In this document: in pieces, positions 17,234-27,800 of the stretch
Layout: the number at the start of each line of letters is the position of its first letter
Numbering within the stretch: position 1 is the first letter of the stretch
IMG/VR virus record: IMGVR_UViG_3300037515_000164
Span: 1 to 28,888 of that record
DNA length: 28,888 bases
From: a virus
Lineage: Duplodnaviria > Caudoviricetes
Reading direction: 5' to 3' (one strand)
Notes under the pieces: model-generated
What the model was told of the DNA's origin: nothing
The model's database searches: none
The model's input: only the letters and a program-made list of their open reading frames with translations
Made by a program: the position numbers and the translations under genes

Positions 17234-18169
17234 ATGGAAACAAAACAAATTTCAAACTTTGAATTGTCTATTAGACGTGCGCCTTATTTTTATATGAGAG
17301 GCGATGACCCTTCTAATCATAATATGAAAATAGGAAGTTCTTTAAAAGGTACTACTGTTCTTAGAGGTTTAGATTTAGAAGAAGAAAAGAAATATTTACC
17401 TCAAATTATTAATATAGCTCCTAGCGATGTAAACTTTAATATGGCTTGTAGAGATTATTGGAATAATATTTCTGCAAGAGTTCCTGCTGATGGGGATACT
17501 GCTGAAAAACTTCAAGGTAAAATATTATCTATGAAAGTAGAATTTAAAAGTGCTGAACAAAAAAGTACTTTTGAATCTTTAAAATCATTCGAGAAAAAAG
17601 GAAATTATATTACTTTATATGGTAACGTTATAGATGGAATTGCTGATTATGTTTTATTTAAATATTGTTTAGTATATGGTAGAGTAGCTAATCATTCTAA
17701 AGATGTTTTTATCTCTCCTAAAATTAGATTTTATTTATATAGTATAGAAACTGACCGTCTTGATAAAATTAGTGAATTTAAAACTAGAAATGATGCTAGA
17801 GCTAAATTTATTGAAATATTAAGTAAAGAGCCTGTTATTGATGCTTCATTACTTTATTATGGAGAAAAACTAGCTGTTTATGAAAGTTTAGAAGATAAAC
17901 AAATAGCTCTTGAAAAATTAGTTGAGAGTAAACCTGAAATATTTATGGATTGTGTTTCTGACGTAAATCTTAAATATAAAGCTCTTATTCTTAGAGCTAG
18001 AGAAGCAGGTATTTTATATGTTCCAGCTAATACTGATACATATTATTATGGAGAAAACCGTGAAATATGTCTAGGAACTAATTTAGATGATGCTGTTTTA
18101 TTTATTAAATCAGAAGAACCAAAAAATAAAGAAATAGTTTCTGTTATACAAGCAAGACTAAAAACATAA
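17234..18169 (+). CDS. Conserved crAss-like protein following the major capsid gene (start revised to 17234)
   Basis: KIGSS...EEEKKYLPQIINIAPSD...YWNNIS...DYVLFKYCL pattern; the track's GTG start lies in the hairpin, while ATG 17234 follows an A-rich leader. Confidence 0.75.
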   Translation: METKQISNFELSIRRAPYFYMRGDDPSNHNMKIGSSLKGTTVLRGLDLEEEKKYLPQIINIAPSDVNFNMACRDYWNNISARVPADGDTAEKLQGKILSMKVEFKSAEQKSTFESLKSFEKKGNYITLYGNVIDGIADYVLFKYCLVYGRVANHSKDVFISPKIRFYLYSIETDRLDKISEFKTRNDARAKFIEILSKEPVIDASLLYYGEKLAVYESLEDKQIALEKLVESKPEIFMDCVSDVNLKYKALILRAREAGILYVPANTDTYYYGENREICLGTNLDDAVLFIKSEEPKNKEIVSVIQARLKT

Positions 18170-18172
18170 CAA

Positions 18173-19249
18173 ATGACTGCACAAGAGATGCATATAGACC
18201 TAGATGTTCATTTACAGAAAATAAACTCACAGGTAACTAAGAATATAGAACCAGAAGAAAAAGACTGGCTTTTAAATGAAGAAGTTACTAAGTTTATAGA
18301 AAGTAAATTAACATCTAGTTCTAATATTAAGCAAATAGGATTTGAAAATACTTCTAAAAGGATTTCTGATATTAAAGACCTTGTTAGAGAAAAGACCCTG
18401 TATATAGAAGAGTTAGGAGAAGGAGATAAATATGTTTCTCTTCCTGATGATTATTTTGATTTTGTTAGATTTGATGGTTTAGTAGCCAAAAATTGTAATC
18501 AAATAATAAAAACAACTGCTGTAACTAAATATAAAACAGCTTTTAGTCTTAGTCTTCCAGCTACAGATGCTCTTACTATATATAAGATTGAAATCTATAT
18601 TGGAGGTGTTCCTACTACCTTGTTTGATATAACAGATATTAATGATTTACCTGCTAATTATTTAGCTAACGAATCTTTTTTCAAACAAAAATTCATGTTA
18701 ACTAAGATACTAAGAATTAAACTTAAAGATAAACTTACTACTATACTTAACTCTCCCTCCGACTTATACTGGGAAAGAGAATCTTTTAACTATAGTAATG
18801 AAACTTTTATTTTAATTAGTAATAATGCTGTTGAGAAAATAACTATAACAGCAGGAGCAGTAGCTAAGGATTTTGTAACTCAACAAAGTACTATAAACAC
18901 TTATCTTAGTACTGACTTGCCTTTGAGGACTGAAATTAGGGTCATAGATGACGAATTTTTCATGGATGTCAATAATTCGGCGTTGTCCAGACCTAGTATA
19001 AATTCTCTTACCTCGGTAATCAGACAAGAATCTCTTATGCTTAAAATTCCTAATAGTGTTATAATTGGAGCAGTCAAATCTACCTATATTTGCAAACCAA
19101 ACTTGATTGATTTATATTTGAACAGCAATTTGAATATGAGTAGGAGAGTTTGTGAAGAAATTGTTAGGAATACTGCACAATTTATTAAAGCTTTAATTAC
19201 TGATGGTAATTATAATGCTTATGTAAGAGAAAATATGTTAACTGAATAA
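18173..19249 (+). CDS. Putative neck/tail ring protein
   Basis: MTAQEMHI...EPEEKDWLLN...GFE...KRISDIKDLV...LPDDY...TYICKP...EEIV pattern of crAss-like ring proteins. Confidence 0.65.
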   Translation: MTAQEMHIDLDVHLQKINSQVTKNIEPEEKDWLLNEEVTKFIESKLTSSSNIKQIGFENTSKRISDIKDLVREKTLYIEELGEGDKYVSLPDDYFDFVRFDGLVAKNCNQIIKTTAVTKYKTAFSLSLPATDALTIYKIEIYIGGVPTTLFDITDINDLPANYLANESFFKQKFMLTKILRIKLKDKLTTILNSPSDLYWERESFNYSNETFILISNNAVEKITITAGAVAKDFVTQQSTINTYLSTDLPLRTEIRVIDDEFFMDVNNSALSRPSINSLTSVIRQESLMLKIPNSVIIGAVKSTYICKPNLIDLYLNSNLNMSRRVCEEIVRNTAQFIKALITDGNYNAYVRENMLTE

Positions 19250-19267
19250 ATACTAAACTTTAATAAG

Positions 19268-20260
19268 ATGAATAAATTACTTGTATTAAAAGATGTAGCC
19301 TATGCAGCCAAAGTTGGTGGAGGAACTATTGCAGGTTACAATGATGTTGATACTTTGGTTGATGGTGCTCTTGCATTTTTTAACGACCAAGGTGCTTTGA
19401 TTACTCTAGCTAATCTTGCTACTACTACTCCAGACTCTAAGTATTTTACTGCTGTAGCAGGAAGATTAGAAGATACTATTATAGTTCCTATTATACCAAG
19501 ACAAGGTGTTAAAGGTGTAAATATACAATTATATAGAGCCGCTACAAAACCTGTTATAACTGTCGCTTCTCTTAGTGTAGTAGATGGCGATGTAGGTGAA
19601 TTTAGTATTACTGTAAAAGACATTACATATAGTTCTAAAAACTTTACAAGAAGTGTACGAGCTACTGTTTACAAAAAAGCTTCTGTAACTGCTAGTGCTG
19701 CTATTGACGAATTAGTCGCAAAACTTAACGCAGGTTCTAGTTTTATTACTGCTGCTAAAACAGGAGGCGGTCCTTATAATGTAACTATTACTCCTAATGA
19801 AGACGATGTTGTTTTAGGAGTATCTCTAGGAGGACTTATTGAAGGTGATGCTTTTTCTACTACTACTCCTTTTGTACATAGTAGAGGAACAGGAGCAGAT
19901 ATTCTTCAAATGGAAAAAGATTTTAGTGCTGAAGAAGGTAATGGTAATTATACAGAATATACAGATTTGTGGTACAAACGTGTAATGGAGACTGTGCTTG
20001 CTACAAATTATGATGTTGTTACATTTAATTGGGAAGGAACTCATAGTTCTCCTACCAGAACTCATAATGTAATGAAAAACATTGTATGTATTGCTTGTGA
20101 TAACGATGCAGAAGCTGATACTCCTCCTGCTTCTAATCAAACTGCTGTAGAAGTTGCAGCTTTTCTTGCAGCTATTGTGGGTACAGCATATAGCGCAACC
20201 GTAGGTGAAGAGCCTGTTTTGGATGATGGAACTGAAACTGATGCTATTGCTGGTAACTAA
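19268..20260 (+). CDS. Virion structural protein, probably auxiliary capsid/decoration protein
   Basis: 330 aa, Ala/Thr/Gly/Val-rich; position after the ring gene; followed by a terminator. Confidence 0.55.
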   Translation: MNKLLVLKDVAYAAKVGGGTIAGYNDVDTLVDGALAFFNDQGALITLANLATTTPDSKYFTAVAGRLEDTIIVPIIPRQGVKGVNIQLYRAATKPVITVASLSVVDGDVGEFSITVKDITYSSKNFTRSVRATVYKKASVTASAAIDELVAKLNAGSSFITAAKTGGGPYNVTITPNEDDVVLGVSLGGLIEGDAFSTTTPFVHSRGTGADILQMEKDFSAEEGNGNYTEYTDLWYKRVMETVLATNYDVVTFNWEGTHSSPTRTHNVMKNIVCIACDNDAEADTPPASNQTAVEVAAFLAAIVGTAYSATVGEEPVLDDGTETDAIAGN

Positions 20261-20306
20261 TAAGGGTTTTATAATAGATAATAGAATCGAACATTTGTAA
20301 TTAATT

Positions 20307-20340
20307 ACCCTTACTGTATCATATATGGTAAGGGTTTTTT
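20307..20340 (+). terminator. Rho-independent terminator
   Basis: ACCCTTACTGTAT-CAT-ATATGGTAAGGGT stem (13 bp, two G-U) followed by TTTTT. Confidence 0.85.
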
Positions 20341-20354
20341 AAAATTTATAAACT

Positions 20355-21806
20355 ATGCCTATACTCCATTCCTTTGTAAAGACTGAAGATAATCATATAG
20401 TAACTGTTTCACAAGATACTGATTATACTTTAGACTATGTGGATAGAAATACTGAAAAGAGAATTACCAGTGGAAGTATAGAAGCAGGAGCTTCTCTTAC
20501 TGTTCCTACTACTAAAGATGGAGAATGGATACTCACTCTTATAGTTGGTAATGAAACTGTTAAAATACCTTTTTATGTAATTAAATATCTACAAAATTCT
20601 ATAATTACTGTTATAAAACAACTTTTATGTGGTGATTGTGGCTGTGATGATAATTTACTTGATGATTGTATTAGTAAAATAGCTAAAAAGGCTCTAAAAT
20701 ACAAATCTATTCATGCTAAACTATTTACTTATCAATATACTTATTTAAGTAGATATACTCCTAATTTCTCTTTTAATTTTCTTCAATATATTGATGAAGC
20801 TCTAAAATTATCTACTTGTAGTATTCAAAATAAGACTAATAATATTTTAAGTGAAGAATGTGTTACAGGAAGTACTAAAAGTGTAGAAAACATAAATAAA
20901 ATATATCTAGGTATATTTTGGTACGGTATGTATCTTATAGACTTGCTTATGGCAGGAGAAGATGAAGATGAAATTGCTTTTGTGAAAACTAAATATAAAA
21001 TAGATACAATATCTGATTGTGTATGTAGTTTATGTATAGATTTAGATGAACTTGAAGCGGTGTTTGATAATATAATTGATTTCAATCTTTCTTTTGAACA
21101 AGTATATAACGAAAATGATGGATTACCTAATGAATGGTTAGGTACTGTTATAGGCGTTTCAGGAGATGTTGATTTAGGAGCAGTTAGTAATCCATTAGTG
21201 GGATTAATACATATCGCTCTCACTGGTGCTCCAGCAGATGAAGGTTTCCAGCACGTCAATGATGAGGTAATAAGTATGGCTTTACTTAAAGAGCTTGAAC
21301 TTAAAATATATCCTCAAACTGTTATAGATGAAATGGGATTACGTATTGTTCTATATAATAGTACAAATGGAGATACTAGTAATCCTGTATATGTTTTAAC
21401 AGGAAATTATGGTATTAACTTCTTATCAGCTACACAACAAACTGCTATTATACCCTCTAGTCATTTTACTAACATTTCTAGTTTTGATACTATAATAGTA
21501 ACTGTAATAGAAGATGATGTACCTCTTAACTATGCTTTATTAGTTATAGATGATATTAAAATTAATTTAATTGATAACGATATATACGAAGATACAATGG
21601 GACAAGTTGGAGAACCTTTATATAACATAAATAACCTTTCTGTGAATAAACATGGAAAACCAAATGTTACTACTATTGAAGTAGGAGACACTATATGGGG
21701 AGAACTTCCTCTTGGTAGTGGAAGAAAAGTAGAAGCTGATGTTTTAGCTTTACCTTATACTGATGATAATAACCTTAAAATATATTCTGTAGATTATGCA
21801 AGCTAA
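20355..21806 (+). CDS. Structural protein: Cys-rich N-terminal half (tail-hub-like) plus CBM-like beta-sandwich
   Basis: LLCGDCGCDD and DCVCSLC clusters; YNENDGLPNEW...IIPSSHF...LVIDDIKI module shared with the downstream giant protein. Confidence 0.6.
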   Translation: MPILHSFVKTEDNHIVTVSQDTDYTLDYVDRNTEKRITSGSIEAGASLTVPTTKDGEWILTLIVGNETVKIPFYVIKYLQNSIITVIKQLLCGDCGCDDNLLDDCISKIAKKALKYKSIHAKLFTYQYTYLSRYTPNFSFNFLQYIDEALKLSTCSIQNKTNNILSEECVTGSTKSVENINKIYLGIFWYGMYLIDLLMAGEDEDEIAFVKTKYKIDTISDCVCSLCIDLDELEAVFDNIIDFNLSFEQVYNENDGLPNEWLGTVIGVSGDVDLGAVSNPLVGLIHIALTGAPADEGFQHVNDEVISMALLKELELKIYPQTVIDEMGLRIVLYNSTNGDTSNPVYVLTGNYGINFLSATQQTAIIPSSHFTNISSFDTIIVTVIEDDVPLNYALLVIDDIKINLIDNDIYEDTMGQVGEPLYNINNLSVNKHGKPNVTTIEVGDTIWGELPLGSGRKVEADVLALPYTDDNNLKIYSVDYAS

Positions 21807-24800
21807 ATTTAATAAACTGTTCTTAGTACTATTTCTTTTAATTAGTACAATTGCTTTTGGTCAAACACCTCAAGTAAAATCAATTAAGTTTAAACCACAA
21901 AGTATTCCTATAACTAATCCAGATAGAGGAGAAGTTTATTATGCAGATGTTAGTGATGAATATTTTTATTGGGATGGTACTCAATGGCTTCCTTTTGGTG
22001 CTGATGTTACTATTACAAACACTTCTGATTTAATCAACGATGGAGATGATGGTAATAATCCATTTATTACTCTTAATGATTTATATGGTAGTAATGCTAT
22101 TATTGATGCAGGAGTAGAATATATCCAAGCATTAGACTATAGAGTATGGGGGTCAGCCTTTATTATTAATAACGTTGTATATAATACGGTAGCAGACTAC
22201 ATACAAGGAACAGTTACTTTATCTGACCCTCATCCTACTTTATCCAGATTTGATACTTTTATACTTAATTCTGACACTAAAGCAACAGGTAGCGTTACAT
22301 TAACAGGCGGTGGTGCAGGTTCTGTGTTAGGTATAACTGTAAATGGTGTACAAATTATGGATGCATCTGTACCATTTAATACAGATTTAGCTACTACTGC
22401 TATAGATGTTGTTACTAGTATTAATACTGAAATATCAGTTCCTGATTATATAGCTACTAATACAGGAGAAATAATTACGATTATATCAACGGAAAAAGGA
22501 ATTATTCCTAATACTTATGTTGTACAGTCTAGTACAAGTACAATTACTACTACTGATGTAAATATGAATGGTGGAGATGATAATGCACATTCTGTTGGAG
22601 TTATAACTGGTATTCCTAGTGCTACACCTATTAAACCTTTACCTACTCTTGAGACTCAAGTTGAGGTCAGCTTTAGATTTGTTAAAGCTAATCAAGCTAA
22701 TGCTCCTCCCGGAGAATTTATTACCAATGTTATATATGATGAAAATTTAGGTGATCCTGATGAATGGGATATAGATATTACTCCTGTTGGCGGAGACCCT
22801 GCAAGTACTACTGAATTTAATAGCGGTACTGTATCTTACGAAATACCTATTTATTCAGGTACTAGTACTCAAACTTCTTTTAATACTCCTAGTAATCCTA
22901 TTGAATTTAATACTAATGGAGTATTATATTTTGATATAAAACTATCAGGTGCTCTTGGTGCTGGAGGTCATGTTGGTTTAGCTATTTCTGATGGTACTAA
23001 TTTTTCTAACTTACTTATTTTAAATGTTGCTGACCCTTATGGATTAGATTTTAATTCTACTGCTTGGCAAACTATTTCAATACCTTTATCTTATTTTAAT
23101 TATTCAGGTGCTACTTTTGATAGTCTGCTTATACCATATTATAATACACCATTAATGTATTTGGATGATATAAGGACACAGTTAGACACAAATTCAAACT
23201 CAAACAACACTTGGTTAGGCTTAAACGATACATTCGCCTCTTCTTATACAGGGAAAGCTAGACAGTTTTCAGTAGTTAATACTTCTGAAACTGGACTTGA
23301 ACTAAATATTCCTAATACTTCTGATTTAACTAATGATGGTGAAGATGGTTTAAATCCTTTTGTTACATATAGCAATATATACGGAGGCAACGCCATAATA
23401 AACGGGGGGGTTATTTATATACCACCCGATATGAATTACTATATATGGACTACTGGTTTTATTATTAATAATCAAACATATTTACAAAATGTTAATAATA
23501 CTGTTACATTAGGAGACGCTCATCCTTTACATCCAAGGATTGATGTATTTATAGTTAATGCGGATACTAAATCTGTTGGTACAGTATCTTTAGATTCAGG
23601 AGCGTCTGGTAGTGTTAATGATATTACAGTTAATGGAATATCTATAATGAGCGGTGTTGTTGGATTTAATACTAATTTAGCAATCACTGCTATAGAGGTA
23701 GCAAACAATATTAATGGTAATATTACTATACCTGATTATAGTGCTAAAGCTATTAGTGGTACAATTTATATAGAATCTGCTGAATATGGAGATACAGCTA
23801 ATGGTTATGCTGTTGTTGCTTCTACTACTACCATAACTCATACTGATGTAGCTATGGCAGGCGGTATAGATGATGTACCTACTACTTCTGTTATTACTGG
23901 ATATGCTGAACCTTCTCCAATCAGACCTAATATAAATTTAAATACACAAGCTGAAATTAGTTTTAAAATAGTTGAAGCAGGTGAGGTAGGTAATCCACCT
24001 AATTTTATTACTATTCCTATTTATAATGAAAATCTAGGTACTCCTTCTGAATGGGATAATGCTACTTTATTAGCAGGAGGTGATTTAGATTATCTTACTG
24101 CTCCTTATAGTCTATCTAAATCTATTTTTGTTCCAGCAACAGCTAGTGGTTTTATAAGATTTAATGCAGGCGACCCGTTTCCTAATAATGATAATCCTAG
24201 TAATACTCTTTACTTTGCTTTAAAAACAACCGCAGACTGGACTACTTCAAGCAGACTTAGAGTAAAACTAGGTAATGGTGGTAATTCTTCTACTATTAAT
24301 TTTACTAGAAATTCTATTGCTAATTATGGTTTTCAACACACTCAACATAATGTTTGGCAATTAGTAACAGTTCCAATAGCTAATTATCCTCATTTTTTTG
24401 ACCCTGTATTATATGTAGAATTTGAATTTGTTCAAACTCCTATAATGGGAGTAGATTATATCAATGCTCAAGTTGATAATACTGTTACTACCGATGCTAC
24501 TTATTTAGGTTTAGTTGATACAGATAATACTTATTCAGGAGCAGCAGGACAAGTTCCTATTGTAAATTTAGCAGAAGATGGTCTTAGTTTTGGTAATGTT
24601 CCTGCTTCTAGTGTAGCAACAGATACTGGAAATTTTGATAATAATTTATCAGTTACTGAAACGAATGTTCAACTAGCTTTAGATGTTTTAGATGAACTAA
24701 CTGCAGGTGGAGCTTTAGAAGCTCTTGATGAAGGTAACGGAATTACATATAGACTTAAAGATATGGATCCTGCTAATTATGGTAATGGCGGTCTTGGTTC

Positions 24801-27800
24801 TGTAGATTTAGGTCAAAATACTGTTCCTAGTGCTACTTTTGGAACTAAAGGTTTATATGGATTTAATCTTGGGGTTGATAATACATTAAGTGCTACTCAT
24901 TATCATAATTTTACTAGCGGTCTTGAAAATACTACTTCTAATCATTATGCTTGGGCACATGGTTATAGTAATACTGCTAGTAATTACATGAGTTATGCTT
25001 TTGGATGGGATAATACTGTTGTAAGCCCTTATTCAGTTGCCTTTGGTACATACAACAATGTTCAAGACTTTTATTCAGGTGCTGTAGGATTAGGATTAGA
25101 CGTACAATCTCCTCATTCATTTCATGTAGGAACAGGTAATACTACATATACTAATACTACAATTAATGACCCTACTACTAGATTATTTGTTATAGGAAAT
25201 GGTAGCGTAGTTGCAGGTACACCGAATACAGTAGGAACTAGATCTGATGCTTGGATAACATATTATGATGGAACAAGTGTTATGCCAACAGCTACAGTAG
25301 GAGAAATTGATGCAAGAGGTAATCCTGCTGTTCCTACAGTTGAGTGGATTAATGCTCAAGGATTTTCTAGTGGTGTTGGAAGTAATTATTCAGAATGGGC
25401 TACATACACAGGAACAAGAGTTGGAGGTGATTTACTAGTTTCAATAGGTGACTATGATGGTAGTAATAACGGTGTGACATTAACAATTGACGATGCTAAT
25501 GACAAGATCATGGCTACTGGTCAATTCTATGTAGCTGATGGGATAGCTATAACAGATAATGTTTTTACTCCCGCAAATACAGCAGTAATTATAAATGCAT
25601 TATTAACAGCAGATAGGACATTTAGCTTACCAGACGCATCAGGAACAATAGCATTAACTTCTGATATTACAGGAACTAATAGTGGAACTAACACAGGCGA
25701 CCAAACAATAATCAATTCAAGTGATGCTACTAGTCATACAGTAACATTATCGGCATCAGGTGGAAGTATGCAATTGATTGAGGGTTCAGGAGTAACATTA
25801 ACCACTGGAGGCACGGGTTTAGATGGAACGGTAACGATTGCTTCAACAGGAAGTGAAAGTACAACCGTTTCAGATACCGCAGAGATTGATTTGACCCTTA
25901 CTGGGGCTGATATTACAGCCGATATAGTTACAGGTTCTATTGACGAAACAAAGCTTGATGCTTCAACAAATGCTTCTTTGGATTTAGCCGATTCGGCTTT
26001 GCAAAATATAGTTGAAGATTTAACTCCTGAGTTTGGTGGTAATATAGAAACAAATGGATTTGATATTACTAATACAGGTGCTGGAGGTTTAACAATAACA
26101 TCAATTAATTCTTCAATAAACTTAACAACAGGTGATGCACAAATACTTTTAGATGATAGTGGACCGCTTAATTTATCTTCTTCAACAGACATAAATTTTG
26201 AAGCTCCTATAATAACAGGATTATCTTATGGTTCGCAAACATATCACATTGATTGGGATAATAACAGTACAACTCAAACTTTTAGAATTTTATCTAATGG
26301 TGGAACAAACGTATTTCAAGTACACGAAAACGGTACAGTTTCAGCTCAAGGAATGTCCGATGCTGAAATAACAACACAAGGCGCAACAGCATTAATAACA
26401 AAATCCTATGGTGATGCTAATTATTTAGGCGGTGGAGGCTCTGAATCCACAACTGTAAGCGACACCAACGACATTAATCTTACTCTTACAGGTTCAGATA
26501 TAACAGCCGATTTATTGGCAACATCAATAAGTACAAAAACAGAAGTTACGCCAGTAGCTACTGATATGATTCAAATTTGGGATGCTACTGATAGCCAACT
26601 TAAAAAAGTAGATGCAAGTAATTTTTTAGCAGGAACAGGCGATGTTACAAAAGTTGGAACAACAACTGATAATAAGATAGGTATTTGGACAGGAGACGGA
26701 ACTTTAGGCGAAGATACCGACCAAAACGCTAATGCTACATTTCAATTTGATGGTACTGATTTTAATTTCTTTCTAGCTCAAAATAGTGCAGCACCAAAAT
26801 TCCAGATGGGTTCAGGTCTTAGTAATAGATTTTATATACAGACCGTACTAAATCCATCACAACAATTAACTTATGTTGACTTTTATACATCAACTTTAAG
26901 CGGAACTTCTACTGATGGTTATTATACTTTTCATGTAGATAATTTAGAAACATTGAGTATTTATAAAACAGGAATCAATGTTTATAACGACGCACTTGGA
27001 CAGAATGTATTTACGTTAACAGATGGTCAACTAAACTTAGGTGCTTATGGTTCTGGAACAAATACAGGAACATTGGCTTATTCTTTAGGTGTCGATGCAA
27101 GCGGAAATGTTATAGAAACAGCTTTAGGAGGAGGTAGTGGCGATGACGTTTCAACATTTGCTGAAAAATCAGGCGATTTAGTTGGAAGCGATAGATTGGT
27201 TGGATTGAGTGGTGCAACTGATTTTAGCGAAACGATAAGCGGTATTCCTTTGTCGATATTCAATAATGATTCGGGTTGGATTACGGGCAACGAAAGCATT
27301 ACTTTAAGTGGAGAAGTTACAGGCACGGGAACTACTGCAATAACCACTACAATAGCAAGTGGGGTTGTCGATTCCGATAACATATCCAATGGCACAATAG
27401 ACGAAGTTGATTTGGATGCTAGCGTGAACGCTTCATTGGATTTAGCCGATTCGGCTTTGCAAAATGGAGGTGCGCCATATTATGTTGTAGCGGCTTCAGA
27501 TGCTCCAGCTACTATTAAAAATAGAGCTGATTATATTTGTGATGGAACAAATGATGAAGCTGAAATAGAAACAGCTCTTGCATTAGGAAATGTACAATTA
27601 ACAGAAGGAACTTTTGATATTGCAACAACAATTGATATTCCTTCTAATAGAACATTACAAGGTGTTGGAAGACAAACAATAATAACCTCTAGTACTATGG
27701 ATGGTGATTATGAAACAACTCCAAGTACAACAAATACAATGTTTTCCAATACAGGAGGAAGCAATATCATTGTTAAAGACTTTCAATTAAACGGAGGCCC

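Noticed and set aside
6887-21259. Short alternative-frame or antisense ORFs inside core genes (6887, 10574, 11284, 13069, 13971, 14239, 14442, 16310, 18812, 19336, 19826, 20825)
   Set aside because: Nested in long conserved genes with no recognisable motifs.
23520-27395. Minus-strand ORFs 23520-23708, 25527-25715, 25734-26192 and 27078-27395
   Set aside because: Antisense to the giant plus-strand ORF that the track missed.
25978-27465. CRISPR array or DGR template/variable repeat
   Set aside because: Only two copies, far apart and in coding frame; no adenine-specific mismatches and no reverse transcriptase or cas gene in the window.
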